Counted from the stretch's first letter, positions 1 through 9,646 are shown. The stretch: 64,000 bases of DNA from Candidatus Nanoarchaeia archaeon (GCA_035288865.1 DATDZA010000026.1:4534-68533), one strand, 5' to 3'. The notes: generated from the letters alone by a model not told the origin. Numbers and translations are program-made.

Positions 1-12
1 TATATACAACTC

Positions 13-414
13 TTGTTTCCTAAAATTATGTTAAGCCCGAGTTTAATTCAAGAATTAAATGGGATAGATCCTCACGGAGGTTCTATACATACCGATGCGG
101 AGTTACAAGATTTTTCTGGAAGACCAGGATTGCATGCGCTTTTGCAGAATCAAGGTTTGTCACTGGCAATAGACCAGCCAATGCCAGAAAGAATCTCCTA
201 TATTTTGGGAATTAGAATTCAGGAAGGCCAAGTTCAGGCAAGATATTCTAAAGATGATGGATCAACGCAGGTTTTGGTGATGAACCCCCACCCATTTGCA
301 GCAACGTTAGGATTTAAGGCAAGAATTGTTTTCTTTGATAAAAAATACGACCGTGCACCAGTACACAATTTAGTCGAACAACTTTTAGATAATGGCTATA
401 CCAGCAGGTCATAA
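13..414 (+). CDS. hypothetical protein, 133 aa; the frame stays open to the left edge, so it may be 5'-partial
   Basis: ORF track. No family recognised. Shares the blocks NGI-x(6-9)-DAEL and KYDR-x6-V-x-[EQ]-LLD with the ORF at 17591..18001 (paralog pair). Confidence 0.4.
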   Translation: MFPKIMLSPSLIQELNGIDPHGGSIHTDAELQDFSGRPGLHALLQNQGLSLAIDQPMPERISYILGIRIQEGQVQARYSKDDGSTQVLVMNPHPFAATLGFKARIVFFDKKYDRAPVHNLVEQLLDNGYTSRS

Positions 415-462
415 TATATTTCTTAATTAACAATCAAATAAAAAAAAGAAAAAAATAGCTGC

Positions 463-819
463 TTATTCTTTTGCAAGCTGATAGACTTCCTTGAGCGCAA
501 CTACGATACTTGCAGGAACTACAAATGTCAGCAAGCTGTCAAACACTCCGCTTAAGTAATCTCCAATCAACTCAACGTTTGCCCATCCAGAAACCTGGGC
601 GCTGCCCGCATAGGCAACAATTACTAAAGCAACCGTAACCATCAAAAAGTCTTTGGTCTCCTTGCCTGAAACATTTAAGAACCCTACTATAAGGCCCAGC
701 ACAACCAGAATTGACCAAAGCCACGCTTTAGCCGCTCCCAACTCCGCAGATGCCAAGCCAAGTACCAAGGCTATTATTACTCCAACGATGAAGGAATAAT
801 TCCCAATCCGCTTTTCCAT
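463..819 (-). CDS. small integral membrane protein (118 aa, about 4 TM); paralog of 1278..1634
   Basis: Hydrophobic throughout. Same length as 1278..1634 and shares GL(I/V)VGFLNVSxKET and VxPAxxVVALK blocks with it. Confidence 0.6.
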   Translation of the reverse strand: MEKRIGNYSFIVGVIIALVLGLASAELGAAKAWLWSILVVLGLIVGFLNVSGKETKDFLMVTVALVIVAYAGSAQVSGWANVELIGDYLSGVFDSLLTFVVPASIVVALKEVYQLAKE

Positions 820-849
820 GTTTGGTTCACCTCCAAGTGAAACTCATAA

Positions 850-866
850 GCTTCGAATTTCGAAGC
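850..866. promoter_or_regulatory. 17-bp perfect palindrome GCTTCGAA-T-TTCGAAGC upstream of the minus-strand membrane-protein gene
   Basis: Read directly. It lies 31-47 bp upstream of the start codon at 819. Candidate dimeric-regulator site or 5'-leader hairpin. Confidence 0.3.
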
Positions 867-1190
867 CCGCTAAGCATTCCGTTGGGAATACTTAGAATAT
901 CTACTTTTGAAACAAGGGTATATAAAACTTTCGAAAATTATTAATAATAAGGGAGCGTTTTTAATCCTATTTTGTTCAAATACGGGCAAATCGGGTTCCT
1001 AAAATTGAATAAGCTTTTATTTGCTATTTTAGAGTTGTAAGTTTGATCTTTTTTGGAGGATTTATATGAATCTTAAATAATAAAGATATACTAAAAGCAT
1101 GCTACTAAAATTAACTGTCCTAAAACAATCTGAAATTTCTAAATAAATCAATACTTGATTTTCAATTTAAAAGTCCGCGGATCGAAAACC

Positions 1191-1208
1191 CGCGAAACTT
1201 TTAAATAT
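1191..1208 (+). promoter_or_regulatory. BRE/TATA-like box (GCGAAAC-TTTTAAATAT) for 1278..1634
   Basis: A purine-rich CGAAA element directly followed by an A/T box. The same arrangement recurs upstream of several genes in this window. A GGAGGTG SD sits at 1261..1267. Confidence 0.35.
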
Positions 1209-1277
1209 TAGTTAATTAACATTGAGTAAAAAGTAAGATTTAATATATAACTATAAACACGGAGGTGTTATATTAAA

Positions 1278-1634
1278 ATGGGAAGTAAACTAGGACAATG
1301 GGCGTTTATTATTGGCGTCCTTTTGGCTATCGTGGTTGGAGTTTTTTCGGCTAATTTGGAGCCTAGTACTCAGGGAACACTAACCTTGGTATTAGTGGTT
1401 TTAGGACTAGTTGTAGGTTTCTTGAACGTAAGCGAGAAAGAGACAACTCCTTTCTTGGTGGCAGCAGCGGCTTTAATGTTAACTGCAACTTCAGTTGGCA
1501 CACTTCAGTCCATAGACTTGGGGATAAGCTTAGGTAAATACCTTGCTAACATAGTTAGTCAGATTGCAGTTTTCGTTGCGCCAGCAGCAGTAATTGTTGC
1601 TTTGAAGGCAATAAACTCGCTAGCTAAGGACTAA
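1278..1634 (+). CDS. small integral membrane protein (118 aa, about 4 TM); paralog of 463..819
   Basis: Strong SD (GGAGGTG) 11 nt upstream. Paralogy with 463..819. Confidence 0.65.
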   Translation: MGSKLGQWAFIIGVLLAIVVGVFSANLEPSTQGTLTLVLVVLGLVVGFLNVSEKETTPFLVAAAALMLTATSVGTLQSIDLGISLGKYLANIVSQIAVFVAPAAVIVALKAINSLAKD

Positions 1635-1641
1635 ATATCTG

Positions 1642-1676
1642 ATCGGAATTAAATTTCCGATATTTTTTATTTTTTT
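1642..1676 (+). terminator. hairpin (ATCGGAA / TTCCGAT, 7 bp) followed by T6 and T7 runs
   Basis: Read directly, 8 nt after the stop codon of 1278..1634. Oligo-T is the archaeal termination signal. Confidence 0.5.
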
Positions 1677-1710
1677 AATTTCGTAATAATTATATATCGT
1701 TTCAGATTTC

Positions 1711-2427
1711 TTGACAAAAATGAAGAACGCGTTGTATATGACTGACTCTTATCTGAAAGAATTCGAAGCGACAGTTGAAAGCGTGAAAGATGATAAGTTT
1801 ATTATCCTTAATCAAACTACTTTTTACCCAAATGGCGGAGGGCAGCCGCATGATACAGGAATATTAGTTTGCAATGGAGAAGAATATCCTGTTGTGTTTG
1901 TTGGCAAATTTTCAGGCCAGATAAGTCATGAAGTTTCGAAGCCCGGATTGAAAGTTGGTGACAAAATACAAGGAAAGATAGACTGGGAGAGAAGATACAG
2001 GCACATGCGGATGCACACAGCCGCTCACATAATAGATGCGATTCTTTACAATGAGGCGGGCGCTTTATGCACTGGCAACCAATTAGGCTTGGATAAATCG
2101 AGAATTGATTTTTCTTTGGATGTTTTAGATAGAGATAAAATACAAAAATATGTAGATATGTCGAACGAATGGGTTAGGAAAGCAATTGACGTTAAGATTT
2201 ATAGTTTACCAAGAGAAGAGGCATTAAAAATACCCGGAGTTGTTAAATTGGCATCAGTTATGCCGCCTGAAGTTTCAGAATTGAGAATTGTTGAAATTCC
2301 AGACATTGATTTGCAGGCAGACGGCGGGACTCAAGTCAAAAACACGTATGAAATTGGAAATATAAGCCTGGTTTCAGTTGAAAACAAGGGAAAGAACAAC
2401 AGAAGAATGTATTTTACATTGGATTAA
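1711..2427 (+). CDS. alaX: AlaX-type alanyl-tRNA editing protein (tRNA synthetase second additional domain family)
   Basis: The MRMHTAAHIIDAIL (HxxxH zinc motif) block and the overall size are typical of free-standing AlaX. The start may be the ATG at 1720 or 1738 rather than the TTG at 1711. Confidence 0.75.
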   Translation: MTKMKNALYMTDSYLKEFEATVESVKDDKFIILNQTTFYPNGGGQPHDTGILVCNGEEYPVVFVGKFSGQISHEVSKPGLKVGDKIQGKIDWERRYRHMRMHTAAHIIDAILYNEAGALCTGNQLGLDKSRIDFSLDVLDRDKIQKYVDMSNEWVRKAIDVKIYSLPREEALKIPGVVKLASVMPPEVSELRIVEIPDIDLQADGGTQVKNTYEIGNISLVSVENKGKNNRRMYFTLD

Positions 2428-2454
2428 TAATAAAGTTAAACTGGAGATAAAACA

Positions 2455-2814
2455 ATGCTGGAATTATTAATTGAGAATCCATTGAAAATAGATTTAGTGA
2501 ATAAGTCAATATCTGCCGAAAATGTAAATGCTGCGCTTGCTGTAGAACGTGAAAGCTACGTTTTACACCTCCTAGCCTGCAGATCTCTTGGCTTTATGGA
2601 TTTAGGAATTCCATTAGATGCTGAGTTTGATCCAGAGCTTGTAGGTAAATTTAATATAAAACCCCACGAGTACGATAGACTAATTTCAGAACTTGAACTG
2701 GCTCGGGGCTTTACTGCAGAAATACTCACAAAGTCAGTAGAAGGCTATCCTCGCACGGGCAGATCGTTCTCATATTTCTTGAGGCCGAGCGATTTCATTC
2801 CACTAGGTAATTAG
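2455..2814 (+). CDS. hypothetical protein, 119 aa
   Basis: ORF with an SD-like GGAGA upstream. No family recognised. Confidence 0.4.
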   Translation: MLELLIENPLKIDLVNKSISAENVNAALAVERESYVLHLLACRSLGFMDLGIPLDAEFDPELVGKFNIKPHEYDRLISELELARGFTAEILTKSVEGYPRTGRSFSYFLRPSDFIPLGN

Positions 2815-2837
2815 TAAGTACTTTCTAGTAGTTACAA

Positions 2838-3560
2838 ATGGAAAGATTTATAAAGGACATTATTATGACATTTAAGATGGAAACTATAGACTTAGAGAAA
2901 CGACTTACTTTGAAAAGGTTTGGTATTGGTTTGGGCACTCTATTCGGCGCTTCAATTGGATTTTCGGCTTGTGACAGCTCAAAGCACAATAATTCAATTC
3001 CAAATCCAAAAAATATCCCTGCAGTTGAGAAATATTTGATCCATTTGACTGGCCGCGAGAAGCCACAGGAAGTTAGCGAAATGCAGTATGATATATCTGA
3101 CAATAAAGGAGTCGCAAAGGGATCGGCCAGAGATTTTGCAAGAACTGAAGCGCTTCGTTACTTTGAAAGATTTCACGAACCAAACATTGCAGAAGAACTC
3201 TCAGCCTTAATAAAAAACAGCAACTTATATTCAAATCTAACGCCAGCAGAAACAAAACAGGGAATTAGTACTTATCTTGCTTCAAAACCCGGCAAGGTAG
3301 AGCTCAATCATTTAATTGAAGAACATATTCGTGATACTTTATTCAAGCAAATTAAAGATGCAAAAGCGGTTGCTATTCCCCAGTCCAGCACCGCGACTGA
3401 GCCGAAATACAAAATTTTTGTGTTTCCACGTATATTTGATTCGCGTACTGTTGAAATCAATGGCGAAAAGAAACTAGTTGAACCGAATTCTGGTTACATA
3501 AAGGCAACTATTTTAGGGGCTTATTATCGCAAGTCCAGGCTAACACCGAATAATAATTAA
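2838..3560 (+). CDS. hypothetical exported protein / putative lipoprotein
   Basis: N-terminal KRLTLKRFGIGLGTLFGASIGFSAC (basic region, hydrophobic core, Cys). No catalytic motif recognised. Confidence 0.5.
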   Translation: MERFIKDIIMTFKMETIDLEKRLTLKRFGIGLGTLFGASIGFSACDSSKHNNSIPNPKNIPAVEKYLIHLTGREKPQEVSEMQYDISDNKGVAKGSARDFARTEALRYFERFHEPNIAEELSALIKNSNLYSNLTPAETKQGISTYLASKPGKVELNHLIEEHIRDTLFKQIKDAKAVAIPQSSTATEPKYKIFVFPRIFDSRTVEINGEKKLVEPNSGYIKATILGAYYRKSRLTPNNN

Positions 3561-3564
3561 TAAA

Positions 3565-4560
3565 ATGCTTAAACAATCTATCAAAATAATCGAGGACATG
3601 CAGTATCCATCAGGTCTTTTTGCAGCCAGCAATCCAAATGTCAAAACAGGATATAATCTTTCATGGATAAGGGACAATGTTTATACTTTGATAGGATTGG
3701 AATCTGCTCAAAAATATAATTTAGTTAGAAAAACTTTGAGAGCTCTATTGGAAATTCTTTTAAAACATGAAAACAAAATAGATTGGGCAATTAAGGAAAA
3801 ACCAAAGCACGCATACCAGTATATTCACGCAAGATATAATCCAAACTCAATGGAAGAAATCTGGGAAAGCTGGGGCAACAAGCAAAATGATGCGATCGGC
3901 GCTTTGTTGTTTAAGATTGGTGACTTAGAGGAAAATGGAATAAAAATCATCAGAAATGAAAATGATTTGAGAATCATACAAAAATTGGTTAATTATCTTG
4001 AAAGCATTGAATACTGGCACGACAAGGATAACGGAATGTGGGAAGAGAATGAAGAAATACATGCGTCTTCAATCGGCGCGTGTGTCGCCGGCTTGAAGAA
4101 AATAAGGAAAATTGTTCATGTGAAGAATGAATTAATCAAAATAGGACAAGAAGAATTAAATAAATTATTGCCCCGCGAATCAGAAACAAAAGAAGTTGAT
4201 TTAGCTTTATTATCTTTGATTTATCCATACAATATCACAACTAAAGAACAAAGAAATTTAATTTTGAAAAATGTTGAAGATAAATTATTGAGGGACAAAG
4301 GAGTTTTAAGATATCTTGGTGACCAATATTATTTTAGAAATGGCGAAGCGCAGTGGACGATGGGACTGCCATGGCTTGCTATAATCTACAAAAAATTAAA
4401 TATGCCGGACAAATACGCTTTTTATTCAAGAAAAACTTTGGAAGCGATGAATGAAAGAGGGGAATTGCCGGAATTATATTACGCTGATAGTAATGAACAC
4501 AATGAGAATTGCCCGCTTGCATGGTCGCAGGCATTGTTTGTTGCGAGTTTAGAGGAATAA
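3565..4560 (+). CDS. glycoside hydrolase family 15-like protein (glucoamylase / glucodextranase fold)
   Basis: Blocks YNLSWIRDNVYT, NGMWEENEEIHASSIGACVAGL and CPLAWSQALF resemble GH15 six-hairpin motifs. Confidence 0.75.
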   Translation: MLKQSIKIIEDMQYPSGLFAASNPNVKTGYNLSWIRDNVYTLIGLESAQKYNLVRKTLRALLEILLKHENKIDWAIKEKPKHAYQYIHARYNPNSMEEIWESWGNKQNDAIGALLFKIGDLEENGIKIIRNENDLRIIQKLVNYLESIEYWHDKDNGMWEENEEIHASSIGACVAGLKKIRKIVHVKNELIKIGQEELNKLLPRESETKEVDLALLSLIYPYNITTKEQRNLILKNVEDKLLRDKGVLRYLGDQYYFRNGEAQWTMGLPWLAIIYKKLNMPDKYAFYSRKTLEAMNERGELPELYYADSNEHNENCPLAWSQALFVASLEE

Positions 4561-4562
4561 AA

Positions 4563-5633
4563 ATGAGGGAATCGATAGATTTAGTTGATAGAACCAAAAG
4601 AGATTTTCTTAGATTAAGCCTAGCTTTACCTACATTAGTTCTTCCTTATGAGGTAGATGCTCAAGAAAGCAGAAGAAACAAATTTAGAAGAAGTACTCCC
4701 TATAATATTAAATCTATATCAGTTACTGCAATTCCTCAATCAAAAAAAGATAGCGAGTTAACAGCCCAGGAAAGATTAGAACTTGAAAATGGAATTGCTC
4801 AAAAATACCCATTTTTTAAAGGAAGACAGCCACAATTTATAGAATCTTATAAAGAAAGAATCGTTAGATTAGAACCTGATGGAAACTATGCAGAGAGATT
4901 AATTGTAGAAGCAAGAAAATCTATAGAAGACATAATAAATTTCTTACAGAGTGATTATATTAAACCTTCCAATGTTGTATTAACTGCACCTTCGTCTCCG
5001 GCTGATGTAATATATGCAAACCAGCCCCATATTTTGTTTTATCTCGTTGCTGATTTTGGAACGCGAACAACAACAAACTTACGATTTAACATTGATGGAA
5101 AAATATTTTCCATCAGTTTTATCAAAGAAGAATTAGCTGGGTCTAACGACGCAACAATAGGGGAAACACAAAGAACCACCAAATTTAGGGCAACCGAATC
5201 AGGATTTAATGTTGAAGGTACACAATCAGAACCAATATTCTATAATACTTCAGCTAATCCTATTAAATTGACCGAAACGCCACCAATAGAAATGTTGCAC
5301 AGAGCCATGGAACCATATACTCTCAATAATATTAAGTCGGCAGTGAAAAATATAGGACGTACGTATAAAGCATTAGACCAAGCATTAAATAGAAATATTG
5401 CTATGGAAGAAAAATTTGTCCATGCTCTCTCGGTTTTATGGTGGGCTAGATATAACAAACAATTGAGATACCCTCAACAAGAATTAGAAGCTAGATTTAA
5501 TCAATATGAACTGGTTGAAAGGTACAAGGGCACTCGTGAGTTAAGTCAAAGAATTTCCAGAATTGGAATTCCAAAAGCCATTGAAATGTATGTGAAAAAT
5601 CTGTCAGAATTATTTAAAGGAATCCCAAGTTAA
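4563..5633 (+). CDS. hypothetical exported protein (Tat-like/Sec signal)
   Basis: I prefer the ATG at 4563 (MRESIDLVDRTKRDFLRLSLALPTLVLPYEVDAQ) over the track start at 4509, which overlaps the GH15 gene. Confidence 0.5.
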   Translation: MRESIDLVDRTKRDFLRLSLALPTLVLPYEVDAQESRRNKFRRSTPYNIKSISVTAIPQSKKDSELTAQERLELENGIAQKYPFFKGRQPQFIESYKERIVRLEPDGNYAERLIVEARKSIEDIINFLQSDYIKPSNVVLTAPSSPADVIYANQPHILFYLVADFGTRTTTNLRFNIDGKIFSISFIKEELAGSNDATIGETQRTTKFRATESGFNVEGTQSEPIFYNTSANPIKLTETPPIEMLHRAMEPYTLNNIKSAVKNIGRTYKALDQALNRNIAMEEKFVHALSVLWWARYNKQLRYPQQELEARFNQYELVERYKGTRELSQRISRIGIPKAIEMYVKNLSELFKGIPS

Positions 5634-7606
5634 CGAAACACTTCATCAATCATCTCCATATACATCGCATTGCTCCACGCCTGATTAAAACATCCAGTTG
5701 GAGAAAATTCTTTTGCAGAGCTCAATTCAGAAGCGCAGCCGATGCAGCCTTTCCATAAAATATCTTCAGTGCTTGCGGAAATTATTTTTTGAATTTGATT
5801 TTGGAATTTTTTAGAATTAATTTTATTTAATTCAATCGCAGCCAAATTATTTATCCAAAACCACGAATCTCCCCGATGATAGCTTCTGTTGTTTTCACCG
5901 GTGTTTGTATCGGCAAATAATTTGTTTTCTTTGTCTATTGTTGACAATCCGCCCCAGTCAAGCCACAAATTTTTTAGAGAATTTTCAAAACAGGTTTCCC
6001 ACTCTTTTGGGTGCAATAGTTCAGGATACACATAAGAAGCGATAAAAATATTTGGGCGTATTGTGAAATCTTCCAATCCGTCTGCTAGAATTTTTCCGTT
6101 CCAGAATTTGTGCCTCATTCTGATTTTTAAAGTATTTTCAAGAATTTTGTATTTGTGGTTCAATGTTAAGTCGTACATTAACCTGAACATATTGAGCCTT
6201 AACGCCTGTATTTCTACCCTAACACCCACCCTGCCATCATCTCCAAAATCCGTATCCATCCAGGTCTCTTTGGATGCGTTCGTTTCAAACTGCTCTTTAG
6301 TATGATTTTTCAATAAACCGTTCACAGATTTTTCAAGGGAACACTCTATTTCGTAAAGCAGTCGCTCATTTTCTTTTTCTTTTTTTGCAATCAGCACACT
6401 GCATTTCTTAAAATACTCTTTTATAGATGGAGATTTTGCCTCCTTGTTCTGTTTGATTAATTTTATCGAAGATTTTATTGAGTTGATTATCGATTTGTTA
6501 TTCTCGATTTTTTTGACAAAATCACTGCATCTTGCAAACAGCCATCCGGCAGCGTCGGCGCTCCCGGGCATTTTAGAATCATGATGGCCGGTTAAGTTTG
6601 GAAGCCTCCCGTCATTTTCTATTTTGCTGATATAGTCAAGCAAAATTTTTTCCGAAAAATTTTTGTCAATTTTAGACATTGCTTTCAAGGATATCAAGGA
6701 ATCTCTGGACCATAATTGAAAAAACCAAGGAAGTCCTGCAAATATTCCGTTACATATTTTATTTTTGAATGCCAGATTATTTAATGAATTAGCGGCGCTT
6801 AAATATGCTATTTTTACCTCACTGCTTATTTTGCTTCCAGACAAAATTTTTTTAATATTTTCATTTTTTAGGATTGCAAAGAAATTTTCTTTGTCCTTAT
6901 TTCTAATCTCATCAAGGTTATTAAAAATATATTCGCATTCCTTAACTGCTGAATTTTTGTTGTCAGAAATTGTGCAAACAAATGTTTTTCCCCTCAGTCT
7001 CACGGCATTATAAACCTGCCTTTTGTATGGGGGCGATTTTCTATCCCTGTCGGTAAAATAATCCCTTTCAATCCACTGGTCATTTTTTTGAAAATAATTA
7101 TTATCTGATTTTATTGCAAGGTAAATGCTAAACTCTTCTTGATTATGATTTTTATCTTCTTTATTGTCCGTCATCTTGGTGAACTTAACAATCAAAAAAC
7201 CACCCCCTTCCGATATTTCATAGCCCCTGCCCCATTCCCGGTTGTCAAATGCTTCCTTGCAATCTAAAATTAAGTCAATTTCATGCTCGCTATTCAGCTC
7301 ATATACTAGGGAATTAAACCCCTTTGGAACAAAAAATGATTCAATAATGTCCTCCCTTTTTCTCTCAACACTGTAAAAATTATTTTTCATAAGGTCAGTA
7401 TTTTTTCCGCCAACAATCTCAATATTCTCAATAAATTTGTACATCTTCATTTTTTTACTGTGAAAATAAAAAAATCCGTAATACCTTGATGAAGGCTCTG
7501 AAAAAAAACTGCAGTAACCGCCTTTATTGTTAGTTAAGAGAAATCCTATATTTTCATTGGCATCTTTGGCTGCATTTAAAATTCCAAGGCTGTGAATTAC
7601 TTTCAT
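5630..7606 (-). CDS. glycogen debranching enzyme, amylo-alpha-1,6-glucosidase (GDE_C) type
   Basis: Blocks GLPWFFQLWSRDSLISL, YHRGDSWFWINN and GCFNQAWS are typical of archaeal/bacterial GDE six-hairpin domains. Confidence 0.8.
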   Translation of the reverse strand: MKVIHSLGILNAAKDANENIGFLLTNNKGGYCSFFSEPSSRYYGFFYFHSKKMKMYKFIENIEIVGGKNTDLMKNNFYSVERKREDIIESFFVPKGFNSLVYELNSEHEIDLILDCKEAFDNREWGRGYEISEGGGFLIVKFTKMTDNKEDKNHNQEEFSIYLAIKSDNNYFQKNDQWIERDYFTDRDRKSPPYKRQVYNAVRLRGKTFVCTISDNKNSAVKECEYIFNNLDEIRNKDKENFFAILKNENIKKILSGSKISSEVKIAYLSAANSLNNLAFKNKICNGIFAGLPWFFQLWSRDSLISLKAMSKIDKNFSEKILLDYISKIENDGRLPNLTGHHDSKMPGSADAAGWLFARCSDFVKKIENNKSIINSIKSSIKLIKQNKEAKSPSIKEYFKKCSVLIAKKEKENERLLYEIECSLEKSVNGLLKNHTKEQFETNASKETWMDTDFGDDGRVGVRVEIQALRLNMFRLMYDLTLNHKYKILENTLKIRMRHKFWNGKILADGLEDFTIRPNIFIASYVYPELLHPKEWETCFENSLKNLWLDWGGLSTIDKENKLFADTNTGENNRSYHRGDSWFWINNLAAIELNKINSKKFQNQIQKIISASTEDILWKGCIGCASELSSAKEFSPTGCFNQAWSNAMYMEMIDEVFR

Positions 7607-7644
7607 TTTTTGATTCGCATTCTACTTATAATTTAAAATCTTAA

Positions 7645-7740
7645 GGGGGAATTCAATCTTCTTGCTCTTGCAGCGGCCCAATCTGTTCCCCAACCCTTTT
7701 CGCTTCTGTTCCTTCCTTGAGCAATAGCACGTTCCCCCTA
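7645..7740. ncRNA. candidate structured RNA element (nested helices); strand and function unknown
   Basis: AGGGGGAA (7645..7652) pairs perfectly with TTCCCCCT (7733..7740). The nested TTGCTC (7663..7668) pairs with GAGCAA (7720..7725). This is a GC-rich island in an AT-rich intergenic spacer. Confidence 0.25.
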
Positions 7741-7841
7741 ATCTAGCGTGGAGGGCAATTTGTTACACATTTAGTGAAATTATCAAATTTTTTCCCTTTG
7801 TAAACATTTTAAATAAATCAAATTGATTTATAATGATTGAT

Positions 7842-9626
7842 TTATTTGTAAACTTTCTCAATAGCCATATTATGCGCATCAATGTAGTTCTTCACAAAAC
7901 TTTTCCAATCTGCCATAGAAGCGACTTTCCTTGCTTCCATCATGTTTGCAATCCGCTCTTCTTTGGAAAAAGTCGCATAATTAAACATTACTTCAACCAG
8001 CTGATTAACTACAGATTCATCTTTTGTGTTCATCCTTTTTAATACATAAATGCCGGGCGAGTCTTTTTGTGCGCATTCTGTGCTGAAAAATCTCCCGAAT
8101 CCAGCTAAATCTGTGGTCACAGATGGGACACCTAGCGCGCCTGCCTCGAGCGGAGTGTATCCCCAGGGTTCGTAATAGCTGGGGAAAATTCCTAGGTGGG
8201 AACCCTGCATTGCCTCATAATAATTTAAGTTTAACAATCCGTCAGCACCGCTGAGGTAGATTGGATAATAAATTATCTTTACAGGGTCAGCTTCCTCATT
8301 CTTTAAATTTGCAGCAATTATCGCCTTGTAAATTGTGTCATTTTCATCATATAAATCATGCGTTGACAGCGGCGGCTTGCCATTCTTTATAAATCTCCCA
8401 ATCCTTATTTTCATTTCTGTAAGAAAATCAATGTCAAACAGGCTTTCCTTTGATATTTTTTTGTCTGAAACAAAAGAATAAACCACATTTTTCTCCACAT
8501 CGTCCAGATTTTCTTCGAGAGCGTCTTTTACATCCTGAAATAATATCTTATTTTCGAGCATCTCCGGCTTTATATTCCTAAAATTTGCAGGAACCCAGAT
8601 AAAAGCAATAATTGTCTTCTTGCTTTTGGACTGCTTTAACTTCTCATTTAATTTTCCAAGAGCCTTAATGTAAATATCTATTCCCTTATCGTGAAACTCG
8701 TATCTTCCAGCGAGAAAATAAATTAAAGTATCCTTCGGGTCAAAGGTGTAATATGGGAAGAAATAATACATCATGAATTCCCTTATCCTGTCGCGCTGGA
8801 GCTTGTGCTTGATTATCATCTCCTCAAATGTTGGAAACTTGCTGATGTCCAGCCCGTTAGGTAGCAACTTGTCAGGCTTTTTTCTTAGCAGGTATGAAGC
8901 TTCCATTCCGGTTATTTCGCTTACAGTGGTAAACACATCAGCGTACCATGCCGAGTTCTTCTCGACAAGATGCTTGGCTTCCACGCCATATTTATAGACC
9001 TCCTCATCAGGATTCATTTTATCCCATAAATTGTAAAGGTCAACATGCGCGCTTGCAAGAGCCCGTCCAAGGACGGTGGCATGAGTTGTAAAAGCAGTTG
9101 CGACTTTTGCATTTTTCTTTTTTACGTAAAGCAGTCCGGCTCCGGAAAGCCATTCATGAAAGTGGGCCGCTATCTTCTGGCTGCCGTGGTATTTGGATAT
9201 TTTTTCAAGAAGCATCCCTACGGTATAAGCCCATAAAACCGGCTCGTTATAATCCTGCGGCGCCCTTAATGAATCTATTTTGTACCAGTCCCACAACTCT
9301 TTCTTAATGTCATTTATTCTGTTTTTATAATTGACAAAATCAATCAGTATCACGGACGGCGAGCCTTCAATCAGCCATTTTCCAAAGTGGCATATTATCC
9401 CTATTCTCTTTAGCTCTTCAAATGATTCTTTAAAGAATTCGCTCGGCAGCTCTTCCTGAAATTCACCCATTGCCTTTGCTGCAAAATAAGGTCCCACCAT
9501 GAAATAATTATCTTGGTAAACTTCAATCATTTTTGCGGACTTTGACATCACAACAGTGTATATACCTCCGACTTTATTGCACACTTCCCATGAGATTTCA
9601 AATAAAATATCAGCCTTTTTTTCCAT
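7842..9626 (-). CDS. glycogen synthase, eukaryote-type (GT3 family)
   Basis: The N-terminus ILFEISWEVCNKVGGIYTVV is the hallmark start of GT3 glycogen synthases. 594 aa. Sits in a glycogen-gene neighbourhood. Confidence 0.8.
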   Translation of the reverse strand: MEKKADILFEISWEVCNKVGGIYTVVMSKSAKMIEVYQDNYFMVGPYFAAKAMGEFQEELPSEFFKESFEELKRIGIICHFGKWLIEGSPSVILIDFVNYKNRINDIKKELWDWYKIDSLRAPQDYNEPVLWAYTVGMLLEKISKYHGSQKIAAHFHEWLSGAGLLYVKKKNAKVATAFTTHATVLGRALASAHVDLYNLWDKMNPDEEVYKYGVEAKHLVEKNSAWYADVFTTVSEITGMEASYLLRKKPDKLLPNGLDISKFPTFEEMIIKHKLQRDRIREFMMYYFFPYYTFDPKDTLIYFLAGRYEFHDKGIDIYIKALGKLNEKLKQSKSKKTIIAFIWVPANFRNIKPEMLENKILFQDVKDALEENLDDVEKNVVYSFVSDKKISKESLFDIDFLTEMKIRIGRFIKNGKPPLSTHDLYDENDTIYKAIIAANLKNEEADPVKIIYYPIYLSGADGLLNLNYYEAMQGSHLGIFPSYYEPWGYTPLEAGALGVPSVTTDLAGFGRFFSTECAQKDSPGIYVLKRMNTKDESVVNQLVEVMFNYATFSKEERIANMMEARKVASMADWKSFVKNYIDAHNMAIEKVYK

Positions 9627-9646
9627 AATAAAACTATTTGCCTGTA

